This document shows, piece after piece, positions 46,761 through 60,828 of a stretch of DNA of 64,000 bases. The stretch spans positions 62,001-126,000 of the forward strand of contig NIVC01002985.1 in NCBI GenBank assembly GCA_002269645.1, given 5' to 3'. The stretch's first letter is position 1; each line of letters opens with the position of its first letter. The position numbers were made by a program, and so were the translations under genes. This stretch comes from Macrostomum lignano (lineage: Eukaryota). The notes beneath the pieces were generated by a model, which saw nothing but the letters and a program-made list of their open reading frames with translations, made no database searches and had not been told where the DNA came from.

Positions 46761-47502
46761 TAGTGATGGATCGAAATTCGATTTCGATTTCGATATTCGA
46801 AATTCGAAACTAATTTTGCATCGAAATATTTTCGATTTCGATTTCGAATTTCGACACCATTCATCGAAAATCATTTCGAAATTTTGGTTATATTTTAACA
46901 ATTTAGACATTGATGATCATGCTACACGAGTAAGAAAATCTATAGGAAGTGAAAGGAAGTGCGGTTCAAAGACTCAGTGGGGAGGAGAGAATCGCCTTTT
47001 CTACAAGAAAAGGTTGCGCGGGACACACACTGTTCCAGGCCTTGTGCTGCACCCACCTCAACCTCCACAAGCCCACTGGCTGAACTCATCGGCGTGGATT
47101 TTAATTGGCTAAAAACTTAAAGCCTTAATGAAATGGATATAGGCTACTCGTATCTAGATCTTCAGCTTAAACAGCAGTGAAGTATAATACAACTTCTACT
47201 GTATTTCTATGTACGAGTGTATAATACATAATACACCAGCATTTTCTATTTCGTATTTTTAAAGTAAGTTAAATCTAAAGTATTCTGGTTTAAACATATC
47301 AAAGATACTTTTTATAAAACATGTAAGCTCATGCATGCAGAGGCAAGGTGTTAACCTTTTTGCATGATTAGCGAAAAAGTAAAAATTTGTTAAGCTCAAA
47401 AAATTTCGATTTCGATTTCGATTTCAATTTCGATTTCGATTCTAAGGAACCGAAAATTTCGATTTCGATTTCGATTTGAAAAATAATTTCGATCCATCAC
47501 TA
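46761..47502. mobile_element. Non-autonomous hAT-type element (742 bp)
   Basis: Perfect 18-bp TIR TAGTGATGGATCGAAATT/AATTTCGATCCATCACTA, perfect 8-bp TSD GAAATTCG (46753-46760; 47503-47510), and subterminal TTTCGA arrays at both ends. Confidence 0.88.
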
Positions 47503-50500
47503 GAAATTCGTGTTCAAGTTTCAGCTCAATATTTGTCTGCCTCTAAACAAAAGTGCATCTTATAGCTCAGATATTCCGAAGAACGAAGCTCTCTTTAGGG
47601 CCTTTTCATATTGCTTGTTCTGGTTCCAGAACCAGAACCAATTTGTGAAGTATAACTTTTTGTCTGCATAACTAGAGGGAGATGCGTGCTATAAAGTTTT
47701 TATTATTGAATGACAATCGCTAAGAAGAAAGTGAAAATTTGTGCTAAGTGAGTTTGTTAAGGCAGTCAAACATTCAACAGAATTAAATAGTTATACTGCT
47801 GTTTTTCTTGGAAGATCCGAACCGATTCTGATTCTGGAATTGGTAATATTGTGGTAGGCGCGAGCACGGCCACCCACTGCGCGTAATCCACCGTCTGGAT
47901 GACTCGATGAACCGTCATTCCCGGCGTGTAAATCTGTGACACACAATGTAACTTTCCTTCCCACCACCTGGCTAAGTTTTGTTTTTCCGTGCTTTTCCAT
48001 GGGGTCCACCCGGTGCCATTTTCGTCACCACCCGGTGTAGGCTACCCGATCTTTTCCTTTGCGTGTAACTCTCCTCCCGCCCGGGGTAACCCGCTTCCTC
48101 CCGGTGGTTCCTGAGAGCCTAATTTAAGAGTCTGCGCCCCGCCTTTCCCAGCCAGACTCTCGTGGCCTTTGCCCGAACTCCTGAGGATTCCAGTAGACCC
48201 TACTCAGACCATTACGAGAGGCCCCATATTTTGTAAGCCCAACCTCCCGACCCGACCAGCTCCTCGCCTTTTCAATTTAACAGTTTGACAGCAACATCTA
48301 AGTTTTAATCATTGCTTATAGTGCGTGCAACCTAAGTTTTAATAATAATCTAGTTTTCCAGCTTCGGCCATTATTTATTCTCGGCCTGACTTTATTGTGT
48401 GTGAAACGGTGTCTTAGCCTTCGTGATCTCGGAAGCACTCTATTTAGACCTTAGAGGTCTACTGAGAAGCGCTAGAGCGAACTCTAGCCAGTTTCAAGCT
48501 TTGGAGCTTTTCCCGCGTACAATCGCGGTGGTGGCAGCGACCTACTACTTTTAGTAATCACTCTCGACGAATTAGCTTATTTTGAAGTGCTTCCTATTCG
48601 GCTACAAATCTCTGCATTCGGCATTCTGAACGTCGGCAAAACTAGACCGCTCAGCCGCGACCACAGCTACCCAGCTCCCCCTGAGCCTGAGGAACTCAGC
48701 AGCGGAGCTCCCCGCCATCTGCAAGCCGAAATCTTCGTTAAGTTTTGTTTGAAACGACAAAGCGTACCGATTCGAACGGCTGGAACGACCGAATCAAAAC
48801 CCCACGGCTTCAGAGTTTCTTTCAAACCCCCCCCCCCGACCTCAATATGAAAAGCCTCTTAGTCGTACGTAAAGCACCGGACACATAAGCAGGCCACTAT
48901 TTAGTTGTTAGCAGGCAGTTTAAAATTGGTCAAACATATACATGCATAATTTATTATCAGCTCTTTAAATTATTGCTTCCATTAGAATACACACAAGTAA
49001 GTGTACGTGTTATATGTAGCTAGTTAGATTTTTGTTATACTTTTATTTATATTTGCATAATTTAAAAGAAAAGCATTAAACTCCTAAGGAACTCTAGTAG
49101 CCTGACTAGACTTCCTTTATTATTCCGTGGAAATCTGAATCATGCATTACAATGCCGATGTATCATTATTTTGGCATTAAGTTAGGCTATAAGTTACATA
49201 TACGTATCATGCACAGAAGTGCACGTATAGTAGATGGTAGATCTTGTAAAAATATACTACATGTACGCGTGTTTACATGTACGTGTACTGCCAATAGAAA
49301 GGGCATTTTTCCTACCTAGCTCTTCTTCTACAAATTAGCCCGTACAAAAAAATCCGACATTGGTCTGCGGTCGATTCGACGCTTCGAGCCGCGCACCACA
49401 ACTGCCCGGCTCACAACCAGACAGTCGAGCTACTGATGCGAGCCGCTGCTCGGCTCAGCCAGACTAATTAACAGCTCTTGTTTGCGTACAAACTGCTTTC
49501 TTCCCTATTCTACTACTCGCTATGCACACTGCTATCCAACAATGCACCACTAAGTTCCTAATGCTACCGCAATTCCGGGTGCCAAATCCTAAAATATTAC
49601 TGCTCCTATAATGCTAACTAAAAGCTCTATTGTTCTACCTATAACCCCTAAACTTCTGATTGCTAAATCTAGGCTCACTAGTTCTACATGTACATGTACC
49701 TAGCTTCAATAGAGGCCCAACCTGTCATAATATATACTGTACAAGTAGAAAAGTACATGTACATACATTAGCGTACACATGCGGTAGTGGCGTGCTGCTG
49801 CAGTAGCGCTGAGAGTCCGGCAGCAGCTGGCACGGTAACCCTGTGGAGCAGTTGGCTCAATCGACGACCTCCTCGCGGACACCGGCTCTAGAGCAGGCAC
49901 ATGGCGAGTCCATGTGATGAGAGGTGTTAGTCGTAGGGACGCCCACACGGTGGGAGACGAGTTCTCGAGCTAGCAGTTGAGAGCGGGCTCTGGCCTCGGC
50001 CACGACAGCGGCCTCTGCCGCCTCTGGCTGGCGCAGACCCGCCACCCCGGGCGAAAGTGGCCTCTATGAGAGGCGGCGCGACGGTCCCAGCGCGAGGTCT
50101 AATAATGAATTGGCCATCAGTGCGAGCCACCTCGTATTTCCGTGGCTAGCACTGAGAAGGTGCCGTGTAGGATCTTCATGTCCAGCACATTAGCTTTTTG
50201 AGGGAGCTTTCATAAATTCGGCCCTCGTGACTTATATACATAAATTAATATAACTCCCTCAGAAGGCAAATCTTACACATATTGGACTGGACATAAATAT
50301 TGTCCTCCGCGTGTCTATATAACACCAAAAATCAAGAGGCATAAAGTGCCTATACAGTATTTTTGGCTTCAGGTAAAGATTAAACCTATTTTTACAATTT
50401 ATTCTCACTCAGTGAAACCCAGCTAGCAGAGATATTATGCATAATAACACGCAGATTCTAATTTCATTTTCTTCGAACTAATTAGCGATTAAGAGCTATA

Positions 50501-51851
50501 AGTACGAGATATATGTATCGAATATTAAAATAAAGCTATAATCAAACTCCAATTTTATAAAATAAAAACGATTTTCAAAAATCTTTTAATCTCGATATCG
50601 ATTAAGCTAAAAGTAGCTAAAATAAAGTACCCAACCAACTCCTTAATTCCATTATCTTTCAAATTATGATTAATTGTATTTCAGTTGTATCAAAAAGCTA
50701 GAAGTATCGAAAATATTCCCTGTCAGTTTCACTACTGTGTACTCGTACCTATGCTAGACTATGCTAGATATTAGCTAGATTATGACAGGAACTCAATGCC
50801 AGTCGACTCGAAAAACTGGAAAGAATTGCACTGTATCGCACTGAATGTCGGTGAATGTACAAGAACCTTCCCACGAAATGTAAAAGTACATATTGATGCA
50901 ACATCGCCCACGTCGGATTGCTGCAGTACATACGGGAATCGGTGAAAACTATAGCTTACCAAACCAGCTCTTTCAGAATCGGATTTCTATTAAAGCTAAA
51001 TGTAACCCACCAATGATAATGTATTTTACTGTACTTTCAGTTTCTACAACAAAACCAATAGCTTGTCAAAATCTGTCAAGCGTCTGAGGAAGGAAAGGGG
51101 CACAAATATTGAGATACACAAATAGGAGAAAACCCAGCGCTTGCTACTAGCAGTAGAGCGCACAGATATTTGCATCTTCTCATGACCGCATGTCCACTAA
51201 GTTTCGCAGTTTTGAGTCCCAGACTCCCCAGCCCCAGATGAACACTCCGAACCCCTAGAGGGCAAGTCTCCTGGTGGACTTGCGATCTTACGATCGTACA
51301 AGTGTAAAGTAAGATGTTTAGTACATAAGGAGGCAGCAACAAAAGCATTTAATATTTAATTAGAGTTAATTTTTATAGCACACAGAGAGTAAAGACTTGC
51401 GTTTAATTTTCAGCAACATGCTGAGCAAAACAGAAACTGCAGTCCTCATCTCAGATTTTGAACGCTGAACTGTGTACTTGAAAATAAACACCTATAGTCA
51501 TGTCATGAATTTAAAGTACAATTAATCAAATGAAGTGTTTTAGAAAATTTTAGGGCTTGCTGAACCTGATGTCCACTGTAATACATGTATGAGCTAAATA
51601 GCTTTTGACAGGAATTAAAGCATGACATTAGACCGCTATAATAATGTTAATGATGTTACAGAGCCTGAAAACGTAATGTACAATTGTACATGTGCCAAAA
51701 ATTGTGGGGCAGCAATAATGAACTGATGACAGCTTTTCACTCGATCGAATAGTTTGAACAAGTACACATAAACAGTTAATGAATGTACTGTTAAAATTAG
51801 CTAGTTCTTACGGGCGTGTGTTAAATAGTACTTGTACGTGCAGTTGTAATA

Positions 51852-54800
51852 TTATATTGCTCCATCATGCTCGAATTCCAGCATATTTGGCTTCGATCGC
51901 GGTTGTTGTTGTTCTTGTTGTTGCTGCTGCTGCTGCTGCCGATTCGGGGAACTGTTCTTGCTTACATGCACGTGCACGTGCACCTGAACACTGAAGCCGG
52001 AGTCACCGCCCGTGTTTGCCTGACGCTGGTTATTCGACGCGTTCGAGGAACTCGAGCCAATATTGTCCAGCTCGAAGTTCCGACAGATCTCCCTTGTCAT
52101 CTCTTCGATTATGCTCTGATCTTGGGAGGCGTTCTCATCCGTCGTATCCTCTCGCCAAAGCTTTTCCTTCTGCGGCTTCTCCGTTTCCGGTCGGTTAAGA
52201 TTGTTTTGCGATGCACTGCTGGCACCACCTTTGCTGTCGTGCTCATCATACAGAACCTCCTCGTCTGAGGCCGCTGAACTGTCGCTTTTCGATTCGTGAT
52301 CACTGTCGAACACCATTGTGTAGTCTCGACAAAATTCTGTTTCAGGGCGTCCTGCTCCCTTCGGTTCCTGCGTCGATGCAGTTGGTGGACGCGACTGTCG
52401 AGACTGTGGTTCTGCTTGCCGCTGCGTCTGCTGTTGTTGCTGTCGAGATGGACCGGAGGCAGTTTTCTGTCTAGCAGAAGCAACTGGTGCCTGCCGAGCT
52501 GCCACAGTCTGCGGTCTACGTGAAGCTGCATCGCCCGCTTGCGCCTGCGTTGGCTGCGAAGATTGCTTGCTGTCAGAAGCAGTTGTAGGCTTGCTAGCAG
52601 TTGGTGGTCTATTGGCTGCGGCAGTTGGTGGTCTGCTGGCTGCGGCAGTTGGTGGTCTGTTGGCTGTGGCTGTTGGTGGTCTGCTGGCTGCGGCAGTTGG
52701 TGGTCTATTGGCTACGGCAGTTGGTGGTCTATTCGCTGCGGCAGTTGGTGGTCTGCTGGCTGCGGCAGTTGGTGGTCTGTTGGCTGCGGCAGTTGGTGGT
52801 CTGCTGGCTGCGGCAGTTGGTGGTCTATTGGCTGCGGCAGTTGGTGGTCTGTTGGCTGCGGCAGTTGTTGGCCTGCTAACTGTAGTTGTAGTAGTAGTCG
52901 TCGTTGAGGTCTGTCTACTGGCTGCAGTAGTAGCAGTTGTCGTTTGTTTGCTTGAAGCAGCGCTCGTCGGTCGGCTAGTTCCAGTGGCGGTCTGATTTCT
53001 GGCTGCAGCTGTCGTGGGTCGACTTCCAACGACAGAAGTGCCAGATTCCTTCGGTTTCTGTTGTTTCTGCTTTTCTTCCGAATGCTTCGCCGGCTGCGGC
53101 TGAATCTTAGAAGCTTCCATTGCGACCGGCGCTTCTGTCGTCTCTGTATCAGCAGGCGTGGTCTTAGTTTTCCCTGTTGTTACAGGCTCTTTTCCACCAG
53201 ATGGAGTAGACTCCGCCTTATTAGTTGCTGTTTCATCAGTAATCGTTGCTGTTGTTGTTGCAACAGCGACACTTGCAGAAGTTGGTGCTGCACTAGTTGC
53301 GACAGAGCCCTCCTCCGCGATGCCTTCCATGGGAAACGGAGACTTTGGACTCGCAGTTCGATTAAACAGATCGTCCAGCGATGCAATACCGCCGCCGCCG
53401 CCTCCTCCGCTCTTTTCATTATCTTTTAACTGCTCAATGGACTCATCTGAGAAGTCGAACGCATTATTAACCTTCCAAGTCGGACTCAGCTGCATTCGTT
53501 GCTGCTGCTCCTTAACCGGCAGAGAGTTTCTCCTGCCACCGTTTTGAATCGCATTCACTAGCGAATTTCGTCGCTGTCCTGATGCCGTCGATGGTCGCGA
53601 CATTCGTAAAGCAACGCTGCTGTCTCCGCCAGCAATGCTGCCATTTTTACTAACAAGGGTGACGGCCATTGACGATCGCCGGTCAGATGAGCGGTGGCTG
53701 GTCGACAGGCTTGTCGTGTCATCGTCTGAAGCCACTTTGCGCAGATTCTGCATGATGTTGGCGTATAGACGACGATTCATTTCGGCCACCACGTTTTCAA
53801 CCGGCTTCTGTCTGTCCAGGTAAATCTTATAGTCCAGCCCGATCACTAGCAGTACGACTATGAAGAAAACACCTGCGCCCAGTAGGAGGCCGCCAAGACG
53901 ACCGAACAGCATTAGCCGGACCTCAACCTGCGGTGAATTTTACAAGGTTTAAAGCTTGTAATTTCAACCAATTTAACAACACCAACACTGAGTGTTTCAT
54001 ATCAATAAAATCTGTGTATCATTGATATTGGCAAACAAAAAAATATGCAGAAAATTCTAAGCCACGATCTTGAAACCTCAAAGTCTTAATTCCCACGAGT
54101 CGACGCTGAGGCGCTCGACACCGTCAATGGGCCGGACTTTTCCGCTTGCTGGCGCTTCGGTGTGCCATCTGACGCTGTCTCCACTGACTTACTGGGGGAC
54201 AGTGCATGTTGTTGTTGTTGCTGTTGATATTGTTGTTATTGTTAGGTACACTTGGTGTTAACATTGTTGAGAGATTGATTTACTTGTAAGTTGTATCAAA
54301 GATATATTCATTATAAGCTTGAATTGATAGCAATGTCTTTGCGACGAAATGGTGTTGCTAAATATGTCCCCAGCGCGAACAAAACTTGCAAAAGGCTTGG
54401 GCTTTTTATTACCTGCACAAGTTCGCTCGCACTTAAGCCAGCGTAGTCCTGCTTCAGCCGTTCCTGCGTCGGCAGGCCGTAGGCCGCCAGACCGACTCCC
54501 GTGATGCACAGAGCGGCGCCGAAGACGGCCAGACCGACCGCGGTAAAGAACTGACATCGGAACTGGCGCTCCTCGTCGCGACGCGCCTGTAGCAGAACTC
54601 GATTGGCCGACTGTGGCCGGCTACCGGAGGCGGCCGCCTGCGACTGGCGACGGCGCAGAGACGCTCGCGACTGCGCCAACGAACGCAAAACCGCAGCGGA
54701 TGCTGCCACAGAAGCTCTGCGAGATTCCAAAGAGGGCTGCTGCTGTTCCTGATGCTGCTGGTGCTCCTGTTGCTGCTGCTGCTCCTGTTGCTGCTGCTGC

Positions 54801-54931
54801 TCCTGTTGCTGCTGCTGCTCCTGTTGCTGCTGCTGCTCCTGTTGCTGCTGCTGCTCCTGTTGCTGCTGCTGCTCCTGTTGCTGCTGCTGCTCTTGTGGGA
54901 GCGGGTCGTTCAACGGAGCTACAGCTGTCAT
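51852..54931 (-). CDS. Orphan two-transmembrane protein (~864 aa) with N-terminal poly-Q/E and a long disordered C-tail containing RPxTA repeats
   Basis: Exon 1 is 54931-54413 (ATG MTAVAP..; donor CAG|GTAATA) and exon 2 is 53927-51852 (acceptor ttcaccgcag|GTT). They join in phase 0. TM1 is FFTAVGLAVFGAALCITGVGLAAYG and TM2 is LFGRLGGLLLGAGVFFIVVLLVIGL, with a ~25-aa loop. Exon 2 carries a 692-codon open frame. Additional 5' exons cannot be excluded. Confidence 0.8.
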
Positions 54932-55619
54932 GCTGTAGACCAAGGCTTAAACGCTACTAAAGTCTGTGTCTACTTCGGGTAAACCCTCTGAAAAAGTATT
55001 CAAGCTACTGCGATCGCAGTCAGATAGAATTGAACCCGCGGTGCTTGGAAGCGAGACTTAAGTACAGAAATGGGAACTGAAACAGGCTGTGGCCCGGTGT
55101 CTCCCTGCCTGCCTTTTACTCCTGGTCTCTGTCTGATTGCTGTCCCCCCCCCCCAGCCATCAACTCTTCCCCTTAATACCCATCTCCTCCTCTCTTCCCA
55201 TTCTACTCCACGCCCCATTGTCTAGAGTACTTGCAGGCGCTTGCTAAGCTGCTTGCATGCATTCCCAGCATCATCACCAAGAAAAAATCGTCGTTACCTG
55301 CGCGCTTTGCTTTTTCCCTTGACTCCCCCAGCGCCAGGCAACCACCTGCACAGGCCAGCCTTCAATTCCGTCCTCGCCCACAGCCAACTCTCTCTATCCT
55401 CTCTTGCTTCCGCAGTGTTGCCATGGCAATCTTATGGTTGCACCCAGAAAGAGCTCTACTATAGCCATTGGGGAGGCAGAAAGTTTCCTAGATAGGAGGC
55501 AAGGAAGAGAAGATGGGCCCTTGGTAGACTTTGGTAGACTTTGAGGAATATTAAGTAGGGAAGTGTGACTCAATAATCGATATCAAGATGTATAAAACGG
55601 AGAAGAGAAATATTCAACT

Positions 55620-57622
55620 CAGGGACAACTTAAACTACCGGGACGCGAAACAAGCCAAATCATGGCGAAAAAGGTTGGGGGCTCGTTCATTCTATGGTCC
55701 TATAGCTGAGATACTTTAATTAGATTGGAAAATGAAATTAGAATTGGTGCAGAAATGTCGTGAAATTTTTTCTTATAAAGCTAGCAAGTCGTACGTAGTG
55801 AATTCTGAATAATACACACAAAACGTCGCTGATAGTGGACTCCTTTTCAGTGGCTTTGTCTTTTAACTACAGGTGCATGAGTTTTGAAGCTCATTAAAAA
55901 TTACGGAAGCCCCTTAGCAGCCGACTTTTTTATTAGAGGCAGGGGGTTGTGTGCACCCTGGCGCACTTTAAGCGACATCAACACAACCGGCGAGAGGCAT
56001 TACTGCCCATTCCGCCGACTCCCCAGAGCAGGCATACAAGCGCGCGGATACGTACGCAGGCACACACTCACACAGTAGTGTACAGCGGCCCTAACTTTAT
56101 ATTATCGTTAGGCATGTACATTTCACCCCAGCTGTGCCTTGGGGGGTTAGCTTTCAAGGCCGTTAATTGCACGAGCAGAGCCAAGCCGAGATTCCAATTT
56201 AGCCCCAAATTTATATGACTGCACTTGGAATCGAGCCTGGGTCGCTGGCACACCAGAGCCTGCGCTAGACCGCTGGGCTACGGCCCCCCTAGCAGCCGAC
56301 TTACTTTACGTACTATTTTATCTCCTATTTTGAACAAAGTCTTGTTCAAAAGAAACAAGCAGAACTTCAATTCAAACACTTTAAGAAGAACTTCAATTCA
56401 GACTGTCTGTGCCCAAAATTGTCCCCGAATGACGCGCATGCGCAGATTTGAAATTCAAAAGAAACAAAGTCACATTCTATTTCGACAGAGATTTTTGCAC
56501 ATAAATTTAGATACGAGTGCATTTTTAGTACATTAATCTAATTTTTTGTTTTTCCTGCACTGCACAACTGTACAATCGTTGCGCAACAAGAAACGATATG
56601 AATGCTGAAGATCAGATTAAAGAAGACGATGAATTGCTGGAAGAAGGTGGAATCGGTGAATTTGAAGCAGAATTCGATAAAGATATCATGGAACAGCAGC
56701 CTCGGCAGTGCGCTATTGTAAGCAACAGTGACAGAGGCCGTAACATCAGGGCTGCTGATCGTGAGGATGACTTTGTGGAACTGGCGCGCCAACTTGAAGT
56801 CAAGAGGTCAACAGCGTACACGATTGTGAGGTCAGGGAGAGCGGAAAAGCAGCCTACGAGCTTCCGGACTCCATTCAGGTCAAGCGGCTTCCATCCTACC
56901 ACCAATTTTGACTCCTGTGGAGAACTCAATCTCCTGTTGGAAGGCCGCTCTGAAGAGAGAACTGGCAGCAGACCAGCAAAATTTCATCGCTCCGACAGCT
57001 GAGTAGCACGGCAATCAGTCAATGGCGGCCTATCGGCGAGACATTTTGTACAGCATGGTGGACAGAACCATTGGCTGCATCTCTGTGGACAAGAGCACTG
57101 ATTGGTTCAACCATGCGGTTACATACGTCCCTCGCTGCCTTGGTGGACAGGCAACTGATGGTCAGGTGTCTCAAGTTGGCCAACTGACAATGTCTTGCTT
57201 CTGTTTTTCATTTTACTCTTATGTTCGTCGATATGTTGTGTTTTATCCCTTTGTCGAAATAGAATGTGACTTTGTTTCTTTTGAATTTCAAATCTGTGCA
57301 TGCGCGTCATTCGGGGACAATTTTGGCCACAGACAGTCTGAATTAAGTTCTTCTGTTTCAATAGAAAGGGACTTTGTTTTACTTGGAGTTCCGCAATCGC
57401 TGATATTTATGAAAGTGTTTGAATTGAAGTTCTGCTTGTTTCTTTTGAACAAGACTTTGTTCAAAATAGGAGGTAAAATGGTGTAGAACGAAGAAGGCTC
57501 GTATCACAAAACAAAAACATTAAATTTTGCCAAGCCATAGACAAATGAACGAGCCCCCCCCCAAATTTTTTCGCCTGCATGATTATGGCTTGTTTCGCGT
57601 CCCGGTAGTTTAAGTTGTCCCT
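55620..57622. mobile_element. Mutator-like non-autonomous element with ~80-bp TIRs and 9-bp TSD
   Basis: AGGGACAACTTAAACTACCGGGACGCGAAACAAGCC.. at 55621 is mirrored at 57535-57622. TATTCAACT flanks both ends (55611-55619; 57623-57631), with a 1-nt ambiguity at the left terminus. Confidence 0.7.
56313..57483 (+). mobile_element. Internally deleted IS630/Tc1/mariner-superfamily transposon nested in the Mutator-like element
   Basis: ~200-bp imperfect inverted arms (56313-~56500 vs ~57245-57483) with TA flanks. It retains an N-terminal HTH-like fragment (VSNSDRGRNIRAADREDDFVELARQLEVKRSTAYTIVRSGR) and a C-terminal fragment (DKSTDWFNHAVTYVPRCLG). No DDE core is visible. Confidence 0.65.
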
Positions 57623-57781
57623 TATTCAACTTTCCTCATGCTTATGGATCGAGCTTATATTAGGTGGAAAATGCTTCATTGTTTAGCAATTTGACGATCA
57701 TTATTCACATTTTTAATGCAGAACAATCCATTACTACAAACAATGCATTGTCTGTAGGATCGTCAAACAGAAAAACAATGC

Positions 57782-57848
57782 AAATAATCAGCGGTCCCAG
57801 TGCGTGACAACGATTGTCGTTGTCACGCACTGGGACCGCTGATTATTT
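57782..57848. other. Perfect 32-bp-arm palindrome (3-nt loop)
   Basis: AAATAATCAGCGGTCCCAGTGCGTGACAACGA-ttg-TCGTTGTCACGCACTGGGACCGCTGATTATTT. Confidence 0.95.
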
Positions 57849-59142
57849 ATCCATTGGCTTAATGGGATGTGCTCACTTTCGCTTCAGGAGTAAAAATAGT
57901 CGAAAACTAAAGACAGAACGCTTTTCGCCCAGTAAGAAAAAATTCAATAACTTGCGATCCCAAAAACTTACCGCATGGGAGGTCATTGGGTCAGGGCGCA
58001 GTCCGTAGCAGAGCTTATTAAAGCTATCCATCAGGTCGAATGTTACCCGTTCACCAGCTGGTCATGCTCCGGCTCTCACAGTTTAAATACCCAGGACTGA
58101 ATCTGCCATCTTGCGATCTGCAACTCTTGTAGTTTATTTATCGTTTCTTATCAAAGAAGTTTTTAATGCCACCGAAGCACTGCAGCTACTTCCAGGAGTC
58201 TGCTTTTGCTAGGTACGTATCTCTACAATTATATACTCGTAGCTCCATAAAGGATCAAATACTTCATGTCATAAGGTAAACACACTCATTTGGGGCTTGC
58301 GCAAGAGGTGAACAGAGAGTTAGTGTATGTACCTGACGATTAGAAAGTCAGTGCAGTTATGACGCGCTTGTGTGTGCTTAGGAGTCAGCGGTGCCCGCAA
58401 CCCTTCTAATTTCTCCTATTACTTTTAGTACTAAATTAGGCATACGCTACTAACAGTAGAAAAACTCGAGCATGAGACCCTGCCTCGCTATATTTATCAA
58501 CCGTCGAATTCTTTCTTATGAAAAAAGGGATTAAAGAGTTCGAGTGGCTCAAGCCTGCGTCACGGAGATACGGATAAGCAGACAGGACCGAGACTGGGCG
58601 ATAATCCGGCCCGAGGGATTATCCAGGCTTCGCAGGAGTAAAGTTCGAAATGGCCATTGAAAATATACCGGGTACTGTAAAAAAGAGACAGTTTCTTCCT
58701 CATATTTGAGGAGAAAGCCTCACAGGAATAATGGCTGGTATTAAGGAGGCTGAATGGCCTGAAGTTTGTCGCCTCGCTTCTACTTCAGAGGAGCTGCTTT
58801 GGCAAAGTTAGCCGGGCAAAACGGTTCGCGCAATGCCTTTTTTATACACATTGTAATTGTAAGGAGTCGTAAAAAAGCTCTGCTCTCACTTCTGGTCAAG
58901 CGGCTTTGTACCGGATGGCTGGACTAAAAGAAGGACACGGTTGATGAGCATCTTGCCAAACTGCTATGCTCAGGCTTGAGTAAGAGATGTTTTAGCCTTT
59001 ACTCAATGAGATGAAAGGATGAGATGGCGTGAGAGCAACAAAAGCACACAGCGTATTTAAATACCGAGAAACCACTACAAACAGTTACTAAAACATAACA
59101 TCATCCAGACAGCTGAACTATCAAAAAGTGTATGTAAACTTT

Positions 59143-59410
<268 letters not shown>

Positions 59411-60114
59411 CGCGCCAGTGCACGCCAAAGCCAGCAACGTTAAAAGTGCATGCCTTGGACATGCTCAAGTAACGTTAGGTGAGGCCACCCTCAACCCATT
59501 GCTGTTATAAGCAGAACATTGCGGCTCTGAATAAGCCGCATTAAAAAGCCATTAAGTATAAAATTTCTCAACAACTGAAATTTTATATTTTCTGTTGAAT
59601 TTCTTCGCCACATGATCGGGAAATTTGAAACAGACAGACAGAGAGGCGACACTTCAATTGGGACCGACAGTTCCGAATCGAGTCGAATTCCTCTCCGCAT
59701 CCCATATCCCTTTGCCTCGGGATCAGGTTAATGAGGACAAGTTATTGGCTTCACGAAGAGTCGAAGAAACAGAGGAGCGATATGGACAGGATAGGATGAA
59801 GCGGACTCGAAAGGCCAGATTAAAATCCGGCATGTTGGCACGCGGAGGCGTATTAAATTCGCGTCGGGAGAAAATAGAAAGTTGAGAAGCTGCAGATAAA
59901 CAGGTTCTGGGAGCCGGGTTCAACTGGATTAAGCCTGCTCAGGTTAATAACTTTAATCCGCGTGTGGGCGAAGCTTATTGAAAAGTTCTGAAACAGATTT
60001 TTGTTTTGACACGGGGGAATAAAAAGACTAAACATAGAATGAATCCTCGTGACCGAGGCAGATTATCGGATGCGTGAAGTCGGGGCTTTGCTTGGATTTG
60101 TTCTCTGCCGATGT

Positions 60115-60828
<714 letters not shown>

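Noticed and set aside
48590-48800. THAP-like words (SATNLCIRH, LKRQSVP, DHSY)
   Set aside because: The motifs fall in different frames and the wrong order, and no N-terminal CxxxC is visible. This is insufficient to call a THAP or P-element remnant without a profile search.
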